Source of the DNA: an uncultured Candidatus Methylacidiphilales bacterium
GTDB taxonomy: Bacteria > Verrucomicrobiota > Verrucomicrobiia > Methylacidiphilales > UBA1321
DNA length: 41,819 nt
Direction of reading: 5' to 3'
NCBI GenBank assembly: GCA_964657775.1
Contig: CAZZWT010000001.1
Location: forward strand, 7,453 to 49,271
Positions 28,545 through 37,334 of this stretch are shown piece after piece (positions within the stretch are counted from its first letter, which is position 1; every line of letters begins with the position of its first letter). The position numbers and the translations under genes were made by a program. The notes beneath the pieces are model-generated. The model was not told the origin of the DNA. It made no database searches and worked only from the letters and a program-made list of their open reading frames with translations.

Positions 28545-29639
28545 ATGAAATGTGTCATCTCGCGGGAAGCGCTCCTCTCCGGTCTTCAAATTGTCCAAAA
28601 CGTGGTCAGCACGCGCACCACCCTTCCCATTCTCGGCAATGCCCTCGTGCAGGCTGTTGACGGCAAGCTCATCATTTCCACCACGGACCTCGATACCGGC
28701 ATTCGTGCTTCGGTCGATGCCGAGGTGATCAAGGGAGGCGCCACCACGCTGCCCGCGCGCCGCTTGTTCAGCATCATCCGCGAATTGCCCGCGGCGGAAC
28801 TAACGCTCGAAGTCGATTCCAAGCAAGTCGCCACCATCACCTCCGGCTCCTCGTTCTTCCGCATCATGGTCCTGCCCGAGGAAGATTTCCCGCCGTTCCC
28901 CAAGGGCGATGGCGCGAAGACCTTCAAGCTCACCCAGGGCGTTTTCCGCGACATGCTCAAGCGCACGTCCTATGCGATTTCCACCGACGAAAGCCGTTAC
29001 GTCCTCAATGGCGTGCTGCTCAGCTTTAAGGAAAACAAGCTCTCGCTCGTCGCGACCGACGGGCGCCGTCTCGCGCTGGTCGAGCAGGACATCGAATTCC
29101 CCAAGGGCAGCGAGGTCGAGGCCATTTTGCCGACCAAGGCCGTGCAGGAACTCTCGCGTATTCTGCGCGATGAAGAACCGCTCAGTATCAGCTTTGCGGA
29201 AAACCAGGTTTCGTTCGATCTCGGCAATACGTTTCTTTACTCGAAGTTGATCGAGGGCAATTACCCGAACTACAAGCAGGTCGTCCCAGCCGAAGCCAAG
29301 GAGCGCATCATCCTGGAGCGCGAACTTTTCCTCAATGCCGTGCGCCGCGTCGCGCTGCTCTCCAGCGAAAAGTCGAATTCGGTGAAACTCATCTTCACCA
29401 AGAACAACCTCGACATCACCGCCAACACGCCCGAAGTCGGCGAAGCCAAGGAATCGATCGCGATTACCTTCAAGGGCAAGGATTTCAGCATCGCCTTCAA
29501 TCCCGAGTTCCTGATGGATCCGTTGAAAAACCTCGATAGCGACGAAATCTTCTTCGACTTCATCGACGAACTCAGCCCTGGCGTCATCAAGTACAAGCGC
29601 CCCTTCCTGTACGTGATTATGCCGATGCGGACTGCGTAG
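28545..29639 (+). CDS. dnaN: DNA polymerase III beta sliding clamp
   Basis: TTLPILGN, STDESRYVLNG, VATDGRRLA, SKLIEGNYPNY, YVIMPMR. Confidence 0.98.
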   Translation: MKCVISREALLSGLQIVQNVVSTRTTLPILGNALVQAVDGKLIISTTDLDTGIRASVDAEVIKGGATTLPARRLFSIIRELPAAELTLEVDSKQVATITSGSSFFRIMVLPEEDFPPFPKGDGAKTFKLTQGVFRDMLKRTSYAISTDESRYVLNGVLLSFKENKLSLVATDGRRLALVEQDIEFPKGSEVEAILPTKAVQELSRILRDEEPLSISFAENQVSFDLGNTFLYSKLIEGNYPNYKQVVPAEAKERIILERELFLNAVRRVALLSSEKSNSVKLIFTKNNLDITANTPEVGEAKESIAITFKGKDFSIAFNPEFLMDPLKNLDSDEIFFDFIDELSPGVIKYKRPFLYVIMPMRTA

Positions 29640-29816
29640 GTCTGGTTGCTAAAATGCCCGTAAGCTACGGGAACAAAAATTTGAGGCTAGCGAATCACTT
29701 CCAGTTCTCACGCGATTGTGAGCAGATGAAATTCCTGTGAAAGCGGCAGTTCTCTCCGCCGCCCAAGGTTCGGATCGGTAAAATTCCTCAAGCGCCTCTT
29801 CTCGTGAAAAAGACCC

Positions 29817-31130
29817 ATGACTGAGCCGGCTCGCACCAGTACCGAATCCGTACCGCCGATCCAATCGGATCTCAAGATACCCACGATTCTCGGCAATGGA
29901 GCATTGATACAATTCGGCGAGAATGGCGGCGACGTCGACAAGGTTTTCCATTTTTTCTCGGAACAGGTTCATCAATCGCCCAATGACGGAGGGGCGCGTC
30001 TCGATCTGGCGCTGCTTTATCTCATCAAACTGCAATTTGAAAAGGCTTATCGGGTTCAGTCGGAGGCGCTCGAGCTTCAGCAGATTTTTCGCGTGGTGGG
30101 AACCAAAGGGAAAGCGGTCGCCGCGCGCCGCCGGATTCTTGCGCTGGTCGCTCCCGGCGACTTCATGAACAATGCGCAACTCGAGTTCCTCATCGATGGC
30201 TCCGAGATCGGCCTCGATGTCCTTTACCTTATTCCTGGACAGCCGCTCCCTCCCGCGCTTCCCGAACATGACGTCCTTTTTTGTGCGGTCAATGAATCGG
30301 ATGCGAACGCTCCCAGCCTGGATCGCCTGGCGCAGCTGGTTCCTCACTGGCCGCGACCGGTGTTAAATGATCCGGAAAAACTCAAGCGCCTCACCCGCGA
30401 AGGCATGGCGTCCTTGTTCTCGCGCTCCCGCACGATCAGCGCATCGTCGGCGCGGCGTGTGACGCTTTCGGAACTGCGGTCGCTGGCGGCAGGCGAAATT
30501 TTGCTACCGGCGCTCCTTCCCGATTCGCGCTTTCCCATCATTGCGCGGCCGGTGGGATCGCACTGCGGCAAGAATCTGGAAAAGATCGACACGCCGCAAG
30601 AGTTAATGGTTTTCTTGGACGAACTTCACGATGAAGCGGAGGAATTTTATCTCGCCGAATTTATCGACTATCGCGGCGCGGATGGCGTGTATCGCAAATA
30701 TCGAATCGTGCTGATCGAAGGCAAACCGTTCTTGTGCCACATGGCACCGTCCGACCAATGGAAGATCCATTACGTCAACGTCGGCATGAATGAGAACGCC
30801 GCCAAACGGGAGGAAGAGGCCCGCGCCATGGAAACGTTCGAGCACGATTTCGCGCTTCGTCATGCCGCGGCCTTTCAGGAGCTCGCGGAAAGCGTCGGCC
30901 TCGATTATTTCGGAATCGATTGCAGCGAAACAACGGATGGCCGGCTCGTGCTGTTTGAAGCGGAGACCGCCATGGTTGTTCATGCCATGGATTCTCCCAC
31001 ACTTTATCCCTACAAACCGAAACAGATGGCGAAGGTCTTTGCGGCTTTCCACGCCTTGATCGATCACGCCTCGCTCCGTCCCAAGGGGCTTCATCGGACG
31101 ACGCAACCTGTGGACAAAACCGCAGCGTGA
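29817..31130 (+). CDS. ATP-grasp (RimK-like) ligase with N-terminal helical region
   Basis: PVLNDP, FPIIARPVGSHCGKNL, AEFIDY, YRKYRIVLI, LDYFGIDC, LVLFEAE. Confidence 0.8.
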   Translation: MTEPARTSTESVPPIQSDLKIPTILGNGALIQFGENGGDVDKVFHFFSEQVHQSPNDGGARLDLALLYLIKLQFEKAYRVQSEALELQQIFRVVGTKGKAVAARRRILALVAPGDFMNNAQLEFLIDGSEIGLDVLYLIPGQPLPPALPEHDVLFCAVNESDANAPSLDRLAQLVPHWPRPVLNDPEKLKRLTREGMASLFSRSRTISASSARRVTLSELRSLAAGEILLPALLPDSRFPIIARPVGSHCGKNLEKIDTPQELMVFLDELHDEAEEFYLAEFIDYRGADGVYRKYRIVLIEGKPFLCHMAPSDQWKIHYVNVGMNENAAKREEEARAMETFEHDFALRHAAAFQELAESVGLDYFGIDCSETTDGRLVLFEAETAMVVHAMDSPTLYPYKPKQMAKVFAAFHALIDHASLRPKGLHRTTQPVDKTAA

Positions 31131-31146
31131 CCTAGATTTTGTACCG

Positions 31147-31551
31147 ATGTCCATCACCGTTTGCACAGGAAAGCTGCACTGCGTCCAGGTCACCGCCGCC
31201 CGACTCGACTACGAGGGCAGCATCACGATTGATCGCAAGCTCATGGAAGCGGCCGATATTGCGCCTTTTCAGCTCGTCCACATCAACAATGTGTCCAACG
31301 CGGTTCATTGGGAGACCTACGCCATCCCGGGCACGAACGGTGAGATTCAGCTCAACGGCTGCCCGGCCCGCCTCTTTCAACCGGGCGACAAGGTCATCAT
31401 TCTTTCCCTGGAGCAGCTCACTCGGGAACAGGCGGCGTTGGTCCAGCAGCGCGTCGTGCATGTGGGAAAAGGGAACAAGATCTCACGCGTCGAAATCAAG
31501 GTGATCTCCCCGCTGCGCAAACCTTCCGTGCGCTCAAAAAAGCGGAAGTGA
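31147..31551 (+). CDS. panD: Pyruvoyl-dependent decarboxylase, divergent PanD paralog
   Basis: GKLH, DYEG|SITID self-cleavage site, ETYAI, LNG..AR, GDKVII. Confidence 0.88.
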   Translation: MSITVCTGKLHCVQVTAARLDYEGSITIDRKLMEAADIAPFQLVHINNVSNAVHWETYAIPGTNGEIQLNGCPARLFQPGDKVIILSLEQLTREQAALVQQRVVHVGKGNKISRVEIKVISPLRKPSVRSKKRK

Positions 31552-33183
31552 TGCCAGGCGGGCGGCGTTATCGAGCAGGTTCATGGCGTCCGCCATCACC
31601 GCTTGGGGTCCGCGACCCGTTGCGGACAAAGCATCGACAATCAAGCGGGAGCTCAAGCATAGCCGCAACGCCTTAACCGGAAGCCCGGCGCGCGTGCCGC
31701 AGGCGACCGGCTGGCCCAGCTGATAACCCATCTCACGCAGGAGCTCATGGACTTTCTTGGTTTCGCCCGGGTTCAGCCAGGCGCCTTGCGGAGAAGACGA
31801 GGGCTTCTTCAAGAGAAACGAAAAAATCGTGGGGAAGCGGTCCCAGGCGCGATGGGGCGCGATCAAACCACGGTCAAGAACCGGGAAGGGCAAAATCTCG
31901 ATGCGCGGGGATGCCCCCAGGTGGCTCGCAATCGTTTGGCCGAAGGTCTGCACGAAATCCGAGATGGCGGGCTCGGGCAGTTGGCGGAAGGCCCGCATTT
32001 CGGTCAAAGCGGCTTCCCAGCGGAGCAGAAGGCCATAATTCGGTTTCCGGGTGAGCATCGTCCGGACGGCCCAGCGATGGGGCCACTCGGCACAGGAGGA
32101 ATACGACTTGAGAGCGACCGGCATTTTGCGCGCGCGGAGGCGTTGCGCGGCTCCTGCAGGAACAAGCAGCGCCCCACAGAAAGTAGGCCCCGTGAAAAAT
32201 TTGGAACCTGTGATCGCCACAATAAAATCATGCTCCAAGTAAGACTTCAGCGTTGAGGTGGCAAGCCGGAATTGGCAGGCGTCGACCAGGACTTCAACCA
32301 GATCCGGAAAGCGCCGGCGCAGGCGATCGACGCAGTTGGCGCTGGGAGCCAAAAGACCGGTCTTGGAAACATCGATCTGATTCAGCAGAACGCGTCGCCC
32401 GGCGGAAGCGGCGCGGATGACACAGTCTTCCGTCTCCGCGTCCATAACTGCGGCCGTCCGAAGCTGGCCGTCGGCGGCGCGACATTTTACTTCGCAAATT
32501 TCGACCGGGCGACCGCAATCCAGAGGAACCGCGGCGGCGACAGTATCGCCCAAAGCAGCGCGATCACTAAAATGGCGTCCAGAAAGGGCGTCAGGGATGC
32601 CGCTGCCCGTTTCCGAAGCCTCGACGCGAATCACCAGGGGCCGCAGTTCATTCGGATCAACCACAAGTTGAGACGCAAAGAGGTGGAGATCGGTCCCGGA
32701 AGCACCAAAGATCAGGTCGAGGCCCTTCAGATCCTCCAATCCGCAGAGATGGATCAGCTCAGCGCGCACCCGATCGAGCTCGTGCTCATACGTCCGATGG
32801 GGGTGCTCAAAAGCGGCCGCCCGGTCGAGTCGATTCCGTAGCCTATTCGCGGCGGAAAATCCCGCCGAGGAGATCGTCGATGCGGTGGAAGAGCCAAACG
32901 CGATCGTCTCCGGTTCGGGCAACGGCGTGCAACCGTAGCGATTTCGCCCCAACGGGTCGCAAAGGATTCTGGCATCTCCGCCATCGGTGAGGAGGCTGGC
33001 GGTCGCAGGCAAAGCCGTAGTCGAGGGGAAGTCGTCTTGGACTCGAGTTCGGGCGAGAACATCCGGAATGATGGCAACGGCCTGGAAGGCGACCTTACTT
33101 TCAACGGTAAGAACCCGGGCGGTGACGCCGGGCGGGACGGGAAGGACGCCGCGCGCCGCGCGCTTGACGAGCTGCACGCTCAT
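31534..33183 (-). CDS. PLP-dependent fold-type I enzyme-like protein (class V-like)
   Basis: ASGTD, VDACQFR, ITGSKFFTGP (Schiff-base Lys), GALLVP; start uncertain. Confidence 0.72.
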   Translation of the reverse strand: MSVQLVKRAARGVLPVPPGVTARVLTVESKVAFQAVAIIPDVLARTRVQDDFPSTTALPATASLLTDGGDARILCDPLGRNRYGCTPLPEPETIAFGSSTASTISSAGFSAANRLRNRLDRAAAFEHPHRTYEHELDRVRAELIHLCGLEDLKGLDLIFGASGTDLHLFASQLVVDPNELRPLVIRVEASETGSGIPDALSGRHFSDRAALGDTVAAAVPLDCGRPVEICEVKCRAADGQLRTAAVMDAETEDCVIRAASAGRRVLLNQIDVSKTGLLAPSANCVDRLRRRFPDLVEVLVDACQFRLATSTLKSYLEHDFIVAITGSKFFTGPTFCGALLVPAGAAQRLRARKMPVALKSYSSCAEWPHRWAVRTMLTRKPNYGLLLRWEAALTEMRAFRQLPEPAISDFVQTFGQTIASHLGASPRIEILPFPVLDRGLIAPHRAWDRFPTIFSFLLKKPSSSPQGAWLNPGETKKVHELLREMGYQLGQPVACGTRAGLPVKALRLCLSSRLIVDALSATGRGPQAVMADAMNLLDNAARLASLPLF

Positions 33184-33463
33184 GGGAGTCTTTCTCGTGG
33201 ATAAAGCATAGGAGCTGCCGCGCGCCCCAAAGCTGGAATGATCGAGAGCCTTGATCGCGCTACACTCTCGTATCGGTACCGGCGAACTGCTTCTTAGAAC
33301 AATGTTTCCCAGTTGCACCTCAGGTAAACGCATGTACGACGGCTCGAGACCGCGTGCGCGCCCCTCAAGAGTTGAGTAATCCCACGCGGAAGGCCCATTA
33401 GCGCGGATAAGTATTAAGTTGTATCATGTTGACACATCCCCAAGGCGCGAACAATATACGCCC

Positions 33464-34474
33464 GTGAAGGCTCCTCCCAGCTATCCCTTTTGGCCGCTTT
33501 CGGTCGCGGGTCCTAAGCGGATCGACGGCCTTACTTTCAAAACCAGCGAGCTCAAATCGCTGTCGGCATTTCGGGACGCGCTCGCCGCTCGCGGTAAAGA
33601 CTACGAGCTCATCCGTCGCAACGACGCCCCTGGACTGCTGCTCGATCTCAGCCTCGCCTCAAAGCCCCGGTTACTCCGGCAAGTGGTCGAGGATTGGGGC
33701 GTTGTTTTTTCTTTGTGGAAAACGGCCGATGCCTACCTGGAAGCGGACGGGCAGAGGCGAAAGCACCTGCGCACGTTGCTCAGACAACTTTTTTTCTGGG
33801 CCGGATACAGTCGCAGCCGGAACGTTTGGCCGGCGCATTTGACCGCGCGGCAAATCTTGTTGAAGCGAGAGGACACCGTGGCCAGCGCGGAACGGCGCGC
33901 CTTGCGTGCGGAGGCCTTGGCCGGTCGGCTGGCGGTCGCCTTGGGAAAAATCACGCGCGAATTGCGAATTTATTCGATCGTCGCCAACTCGTCGCTCCGT
34001 CCTAGCATCAAAACGATCTTGAAGGAGTGCGAGGCGTGCCTTGAAGAAGCCGACTATCTCGAGCGAACCCCCAGCCGGGTCCGAAGTCGATTTCTGAAAA
34101 AGAAGCCCGGCCTCGACGAAGCTCACAAAGCGGATGGGGTCACCATTAAGCTGGCCGCCACGATGGAACGTGCCCTTGGACTTTTGAGGGACGCCCTCTC
34201 CAGGTTCAAGCCTGTAGATGCTTTCCGCGCCCGGTACGTGATCCGCGAAAGCGAAGACCTGCTCTCCGAAATTCTCCCTAAACCGCAACGAGACCCCCTT
34301 TATATTCCCCTTGGCATCATGGTCTTCGACAGTACGCTCTATGTGAGCCGCCTGATCGTGGGCTTCTGGCTGATTCCGCTCGTGCTGGCCATCGACGGTC
34401 AAAAGCGGGCCCAAGCGCGAAAGCAGGACGACGCTCTGTCAGAAATCGAGCTTGCTGGTGCCAGCTATAAATAG
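33464..34474 (+). CDS. Hypothetical protein with C-terminal hydrophobic segment
   Basis: Long ORF preceded by TTGACA at 33429; no family recognised. Confidence 0.65.
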   Translation: MKAPPSYPFWPLSVAGPKRIDGLTFKTSELKSLSAFRDALAARGKDYELIRRNDAPGLLLDLSLASKPRLLRQVVEDWGVVFSLWKTADAYLEADGQRRKHLRTLLRQLFFWAGYSRSRNVWPAHLTARQILLKREDTVASAERRALRAEALAGRLAVALGKITRELRIYSIVANSSLRPSIKTILKECEACLEEADYLERTPSRVRSRFLKKKPGLDEAHKADGVTIKLAATMERALGLLRDALSRFKPVDAFRARYVIRESEDLLSEILPKPQRDPLYIPLGIMVFDSTLYVSRLIVGFWLIPLVLAIDGQKRAQARKQDDALSEIELAGASYK

Positions 34475-34673
34475 CAGCCGCGAGGTTTGGTGCGAAAGTG
34501 GATGGAGCCAGGGTCTGCGAACCTGTCTGGCGCAAGCGACAGCCCTTCTTGCATCTCGCGGGTTGATGTTTCCGCGCGAAATGCAAATTGCCCTACGTCT
34601 TGCAGGGGATTTAAGACTGCCCGTGACTTACCATCTCCAGTTTGAGAGGTAGACGAATGCATCCGGCAAAAGT

Positions 34674-34689
34674 TGGCCCGACGACTGCA
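34674..34689 (+). promoter_or_regulatory. Sigma54 -24/-12-like promoter
   Basis: TGGCCCG-ACGA-CTGCA; ATG 13 nt after the C. Confidence 0.6.
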
Positions 34690-34700
34690 TCATGGTTGGT

Positions 34701-34865
34701 ATGCTCGGATATGCCATTACTTTCTTCCTTGTCGCCATTCTCGCCGGCCTGTTTGGCTTTTGGGGAGTCGCGGGCCTCGCCACGGAAATCGCCAAGATTC
34801 TTTGCCTGATCTTTGTCGTTCTCGCCGTTGTTTCCATCATCCGCGGCCGCGGCACCCGACTTTAG
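34701..34865 (+). CDS. DUF1328 (YtjA-like) small membrane protein
   Basis: Hand-translated MLGYAITFFLVAILAGLFGFWGVAGLATEIAKILCLIFVVLAVVSIIRGRGTRL; absent from the ORF track. Confidence 0.9.
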   Translation: MLGYAITFFLVAILAGLFGFWGVAGLATEIAKILCLIFVVLAVVSIIRGRGTRL

Positions 34866-34880
34866 CCTCACATCGCTTTT

Positions 34881-35258
34881 ATGAAAAAAATTATTCCACT
34901 TCTTGTCAGCGTTGCACTCTTAAGTGCCTGCAAACCGACCCAAAGCACCACTACCACGGCCGTCTCCCCAGATGGCAGCACGGTGACCAAAACGACCACG
35001 ACGACCACCGCCACGGATGCCCCGCCACCCATGCCGGCGCCGACTCTCACCCAGGCCAATCTCGATCGCGTCTCGACCGACATGTCGAAAGCCGAAGTGG
35101 AAGCCATTTTCGGCGCCCCCACGAGCTCCAATACGGAGCCCATTCCCATCGTAGGCGGCGAGCAGACGACCTATAACTACCAAGCGGGGAGCTCTGCAGT
35201 GACGATCGTTTTCAAGAACGACAAGGTGAAGGAAAAACACGGGACGTTTAATCCCTAA
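34881..35258 (+). CDS. Lipoprotein with Thr-rich linker and SmpA/BamE-like domain
   Basis: Lipobox LSAC; DMSKAEVEAIFGAP...TIVFKNDKV. Confidence 0.82.
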   Translation: MKKIIPLLVSVALLSACKPTQSTTTTAVSPDGSTVTKTTTTTTATDAPPPMPAPTLTQANLDRVSTDMSKAEVEAIFGAPTSSNTEPIPIVGGEQTTYNYQAGSSAVTIVFKNDKVKEKHGTFNP

Positions 35259-35269
35259 AGGAGATCGGT

Positions 35270-35419
35270 ATGTTACTCATCATCGCGGCGGTACTCATTC
35301 TCTTCTGGGGCGGCGGGTTGTTTTTTCGGGTCGCCGGTGGACTCATCCACATCCTGTTGGTCGTCGCTTTGGTCGTCATTGTTCTCAGTTTCCTGGGCGG
35401 CCATACGGGAAGTCCCTAA
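35270..35419 (+). CDS. lmo0937/DUF5670-like small membrane protein
   Basis: Hand-translated MLLIIAAVLILFWGGGLFFRVAGGLIHILLVVALVVIVLSFLGGHTGSP; AAGGAG RBS; absent from the ORF track. Confidence 0.88.
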   Translation: MLLIIAAVLILFWGGGLFFRVAGGLIHILLVVALVVIVLSFLGGHTGSP

Positions 35420-35551
35420 TTATCGCGCTTTCCTTCCTGCGATGCTGATGACCAGGCGTCGTGCGATATGAGGGATGGCGGATCCATCCGTGGAACCTGG
35501 ATGAATCCGATTGCGTTTTACCTCAAAGGTTTGTCTCGAAAAGAGGCGGAT

Positions 35552-35567
35552 CGGCACGCCTTAAGCA
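35552..35567 (+). promoter_or_regulatory. Sigma54 -24/-12-like promoter
   Basis: CGGCACG-CCTT-AAGCA; ATG 13 nt after the C. Confidence 0.55.
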
Positions 35568-35578
35568 TCGTTTTTGAG

Positions 35579-35758
35579 ATGGAAAAGCTCCACCTCATCA
35601 TCGACACAATTACCTTCAGTTCCATCGCGGCAGTCGCGTCCTCAGTTGGTTTCTCGCATATCAATCCGGAAGTCACTGCCCTCAGTTTCGCAATTTCCGC
35701 TGTTGCGATCGCGTGGTTGACGTTGTCGGCCACGGTCAAGCGTCACCAGCCGTCCTAA
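35579..35758 (+). CDS. Small hydrophobic hypothetical protein
   Basis: MEKLHLIIDTITFSSIAAVA...ISAVAIAWLTLS, 59 aa, ends 12 nt before the next gene. Confidence 0.55.
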   Translation: MEKLHLIIDTITFSSIAAVASSVGFSHINPEVTALSFAISAVAIAWLTLSATVKRHQPS

Positions 35759-35770
35759 CGAGCGACCCCC

Positions 35771-36658
35771 ATGCAACGCCTTACCGTGCGGGTGGGATGC
35801 CGCCTCGTTTATCAATCGGTTTTCACCACCCCTATTGTGGTGATTGTTCGTCCCCGTCTCTCCGTCCATCAGTTTTTCATCGAGGACTCTTTAGTCATCG
35901 ATCCCAAGACGCCGTACGAGGAGGTAACCGATTGGCTCGATAACCCCATTGAGCGCTGGGAGCTGCCGCCGGGCCAAACCGTCATCACCAGCGATTCGCT
36001 GATTGAAGTACCCGCTGTGTCCGACGACTACAACCGCCGGAGTTCGTCCACCCCGGTGATGAAAGTTCCGCACAGCGCTTTTCGCTACCTACTGCCGAGC
36101 CGGTATTGCGATTCCGACAAGGTGGCGGATTTCGCCTCGCGAGAATTCGGCTACATTATCAATGGCGTTGATCGCGCGATCGCGATCTGCAACTGGGTTC
36201 ATCACAACATCCAGTACGTCACCGGCTCCGGCCGTCCCGATATCTCGGCGTCGGAAATCATGGCCCGCGGCTATGGCGTGTGCCGCGATTTCGCCCACGT
36301 CGCCGCCGCGCTGTGCCGCGCCGTGAATTTGCCCGCCCGTTACGTCACCGGTCACCTCCCGGATATCGGCGTGTGGGATCCCTGCACGCCGATGGATTTC
36401 CACGCCTATACCGAGGTTTATCTCGATGGCCAGTGGTGCGTCTTCGATGCCCGGTACAACACACCGCGCATTGGCCGCGTCAAAATCGCGCATGGACTGG
36501 ACGCCGCCGACTGCGCCTTCACCACGACCTTTGGCGACGCCCGCCTGACCTCGTTCCAAGTCTGGGCCTACCAAGTCGATCCCCGGTTTGTGGCCGCCGG
36601 CGACCCGGTCGACTTGTCCAAGCGGCTGGATGGAACGCCCACCGTCAACTTGGGTTGA
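35771..36658 (+). CDS. Transglutaminase-like family protein
   Basis: YLLPSRYCDSD, GVCRDFAH, PARYVTG, DFHAYTEVY, FDA (Cys-His-Asp triad). Confidence 0.93.
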   Translation: MQRLTVRVGCRLVYQSVFTTPIVVIVRPRLSVHQFFIEDSLVIDPKTPYEEVTDWLDNPIERWELPPGQTVITSDSLIEVPAVSDDYNRRSSSTPVMKVPHSAFRYLLPSRYCDSDKVADFASREFGYIINGVDRAIAICNWVHHNIQYVTGSGRPDISASEIMARGYGVCRDFAHVAAALCRAVNLPARYVTGHLPDIGVWDPCTPMDFHAYTEVYLDGQWCVFDARYNTPRIGRVKIAHGLDAADCAFTTTFGDARLTSFQVWAYQVDPRFVAAGDPVDLSKRLDGTPTVNLG

Positions 36659-36712
36659 TCAACGGGTACGGCCCATTGGACAGGGCTCCCCGTTGCGGCC
36701 AGATTCACTCCC

Positions 36713-37330
36713 GTGGCCTTGGTTCTCTACGACTTCCTCGCCCCGCTCTATGATCCCGTCTTCGAGTCGATCTACCGGCCTTTCCGCGCGCGAGCCTTGG
36801 CGCAATTGCCACAAGTAAACGCCGCGACGATCCTCGATCTCGCCTGCGGGACAGGTCAGAACTTCCCCCTTTTAGCGCAGCGGGCCGGAGCGAAAGGTAA
36901 GATCATCGGAGTCGATATTTCCTCCGGCATGCTCCGCCGCGCCCGGTTGCGGGCCGAGAGGATGGGCTTAACCGGCCTCGAGTTGATCGAGAGGGATGCG
37001 GCTCACCACGAGTTCAAGGCATTGCCACCGGTCGATGTTGTCGTGTGCACCTACGGCTTCACCTCCATGCACAATTGGGAATCGGCCTTCCAAAATTCGT
37101 GGGATCGGCTCAAGCCCGGCGGCACCTACCTCATCCACGACATCGACGGCCAGCGGCGCAATCTCCACACCCAAGCGGTCGAGCTCGCCACCTGCAGCCA
37201 CTTCGGCGACAGGGTCTGGCAACCGCTCGAGCGCGCGGGCCTTGATTTTCGGATGGATTATATCGAGCCTTCTGCCCATCTTTTTGGCGGAAGGCTTTTC
37301 GTCGCGACCGGGACGAAGCCGCTTCATTGA
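36713..37330 (+). CDS. Class I SAM-dependent methyltransferase
   Basis: ILDLACGTG, IIGVDISSGML, LKPGG. Confidence 0.9.
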   Translation: MALVLYDFLAPLYDPVFESIYRPFRARALAQLPQVNAATILDLACGTGQNFPLLAQRAGAKGKIIGVDISSGMLRRARLRAERMGLTGLELIERDAAHHEFKALPPVDVVVCTYGFTSMHNWESAFQNSWDRLKPGGTYLIHDIDGQRRNLHTQAVELATCSHFGDRVWQPLERAGLDFRMDYIEPSAHLFGGRLFVATGTKPLH

Positions 37331-37334
37331 TCGC

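Noticed and set aside
29640-29816. Riboswitch upstream of the ATP-grasp gene
   Set aside because: Only a short hairpin and a repeated AAATTCCT; no riboswitch consensus that I can recognise (an Rfam scan would settle it)
31109-33206. Isolated DnaA-box-like 9-mers (TGTGGACAA near 31110, CGTGGATAA near 33197)
   Set aside because: Single one-mismatch hits, not clustered; expected by chance
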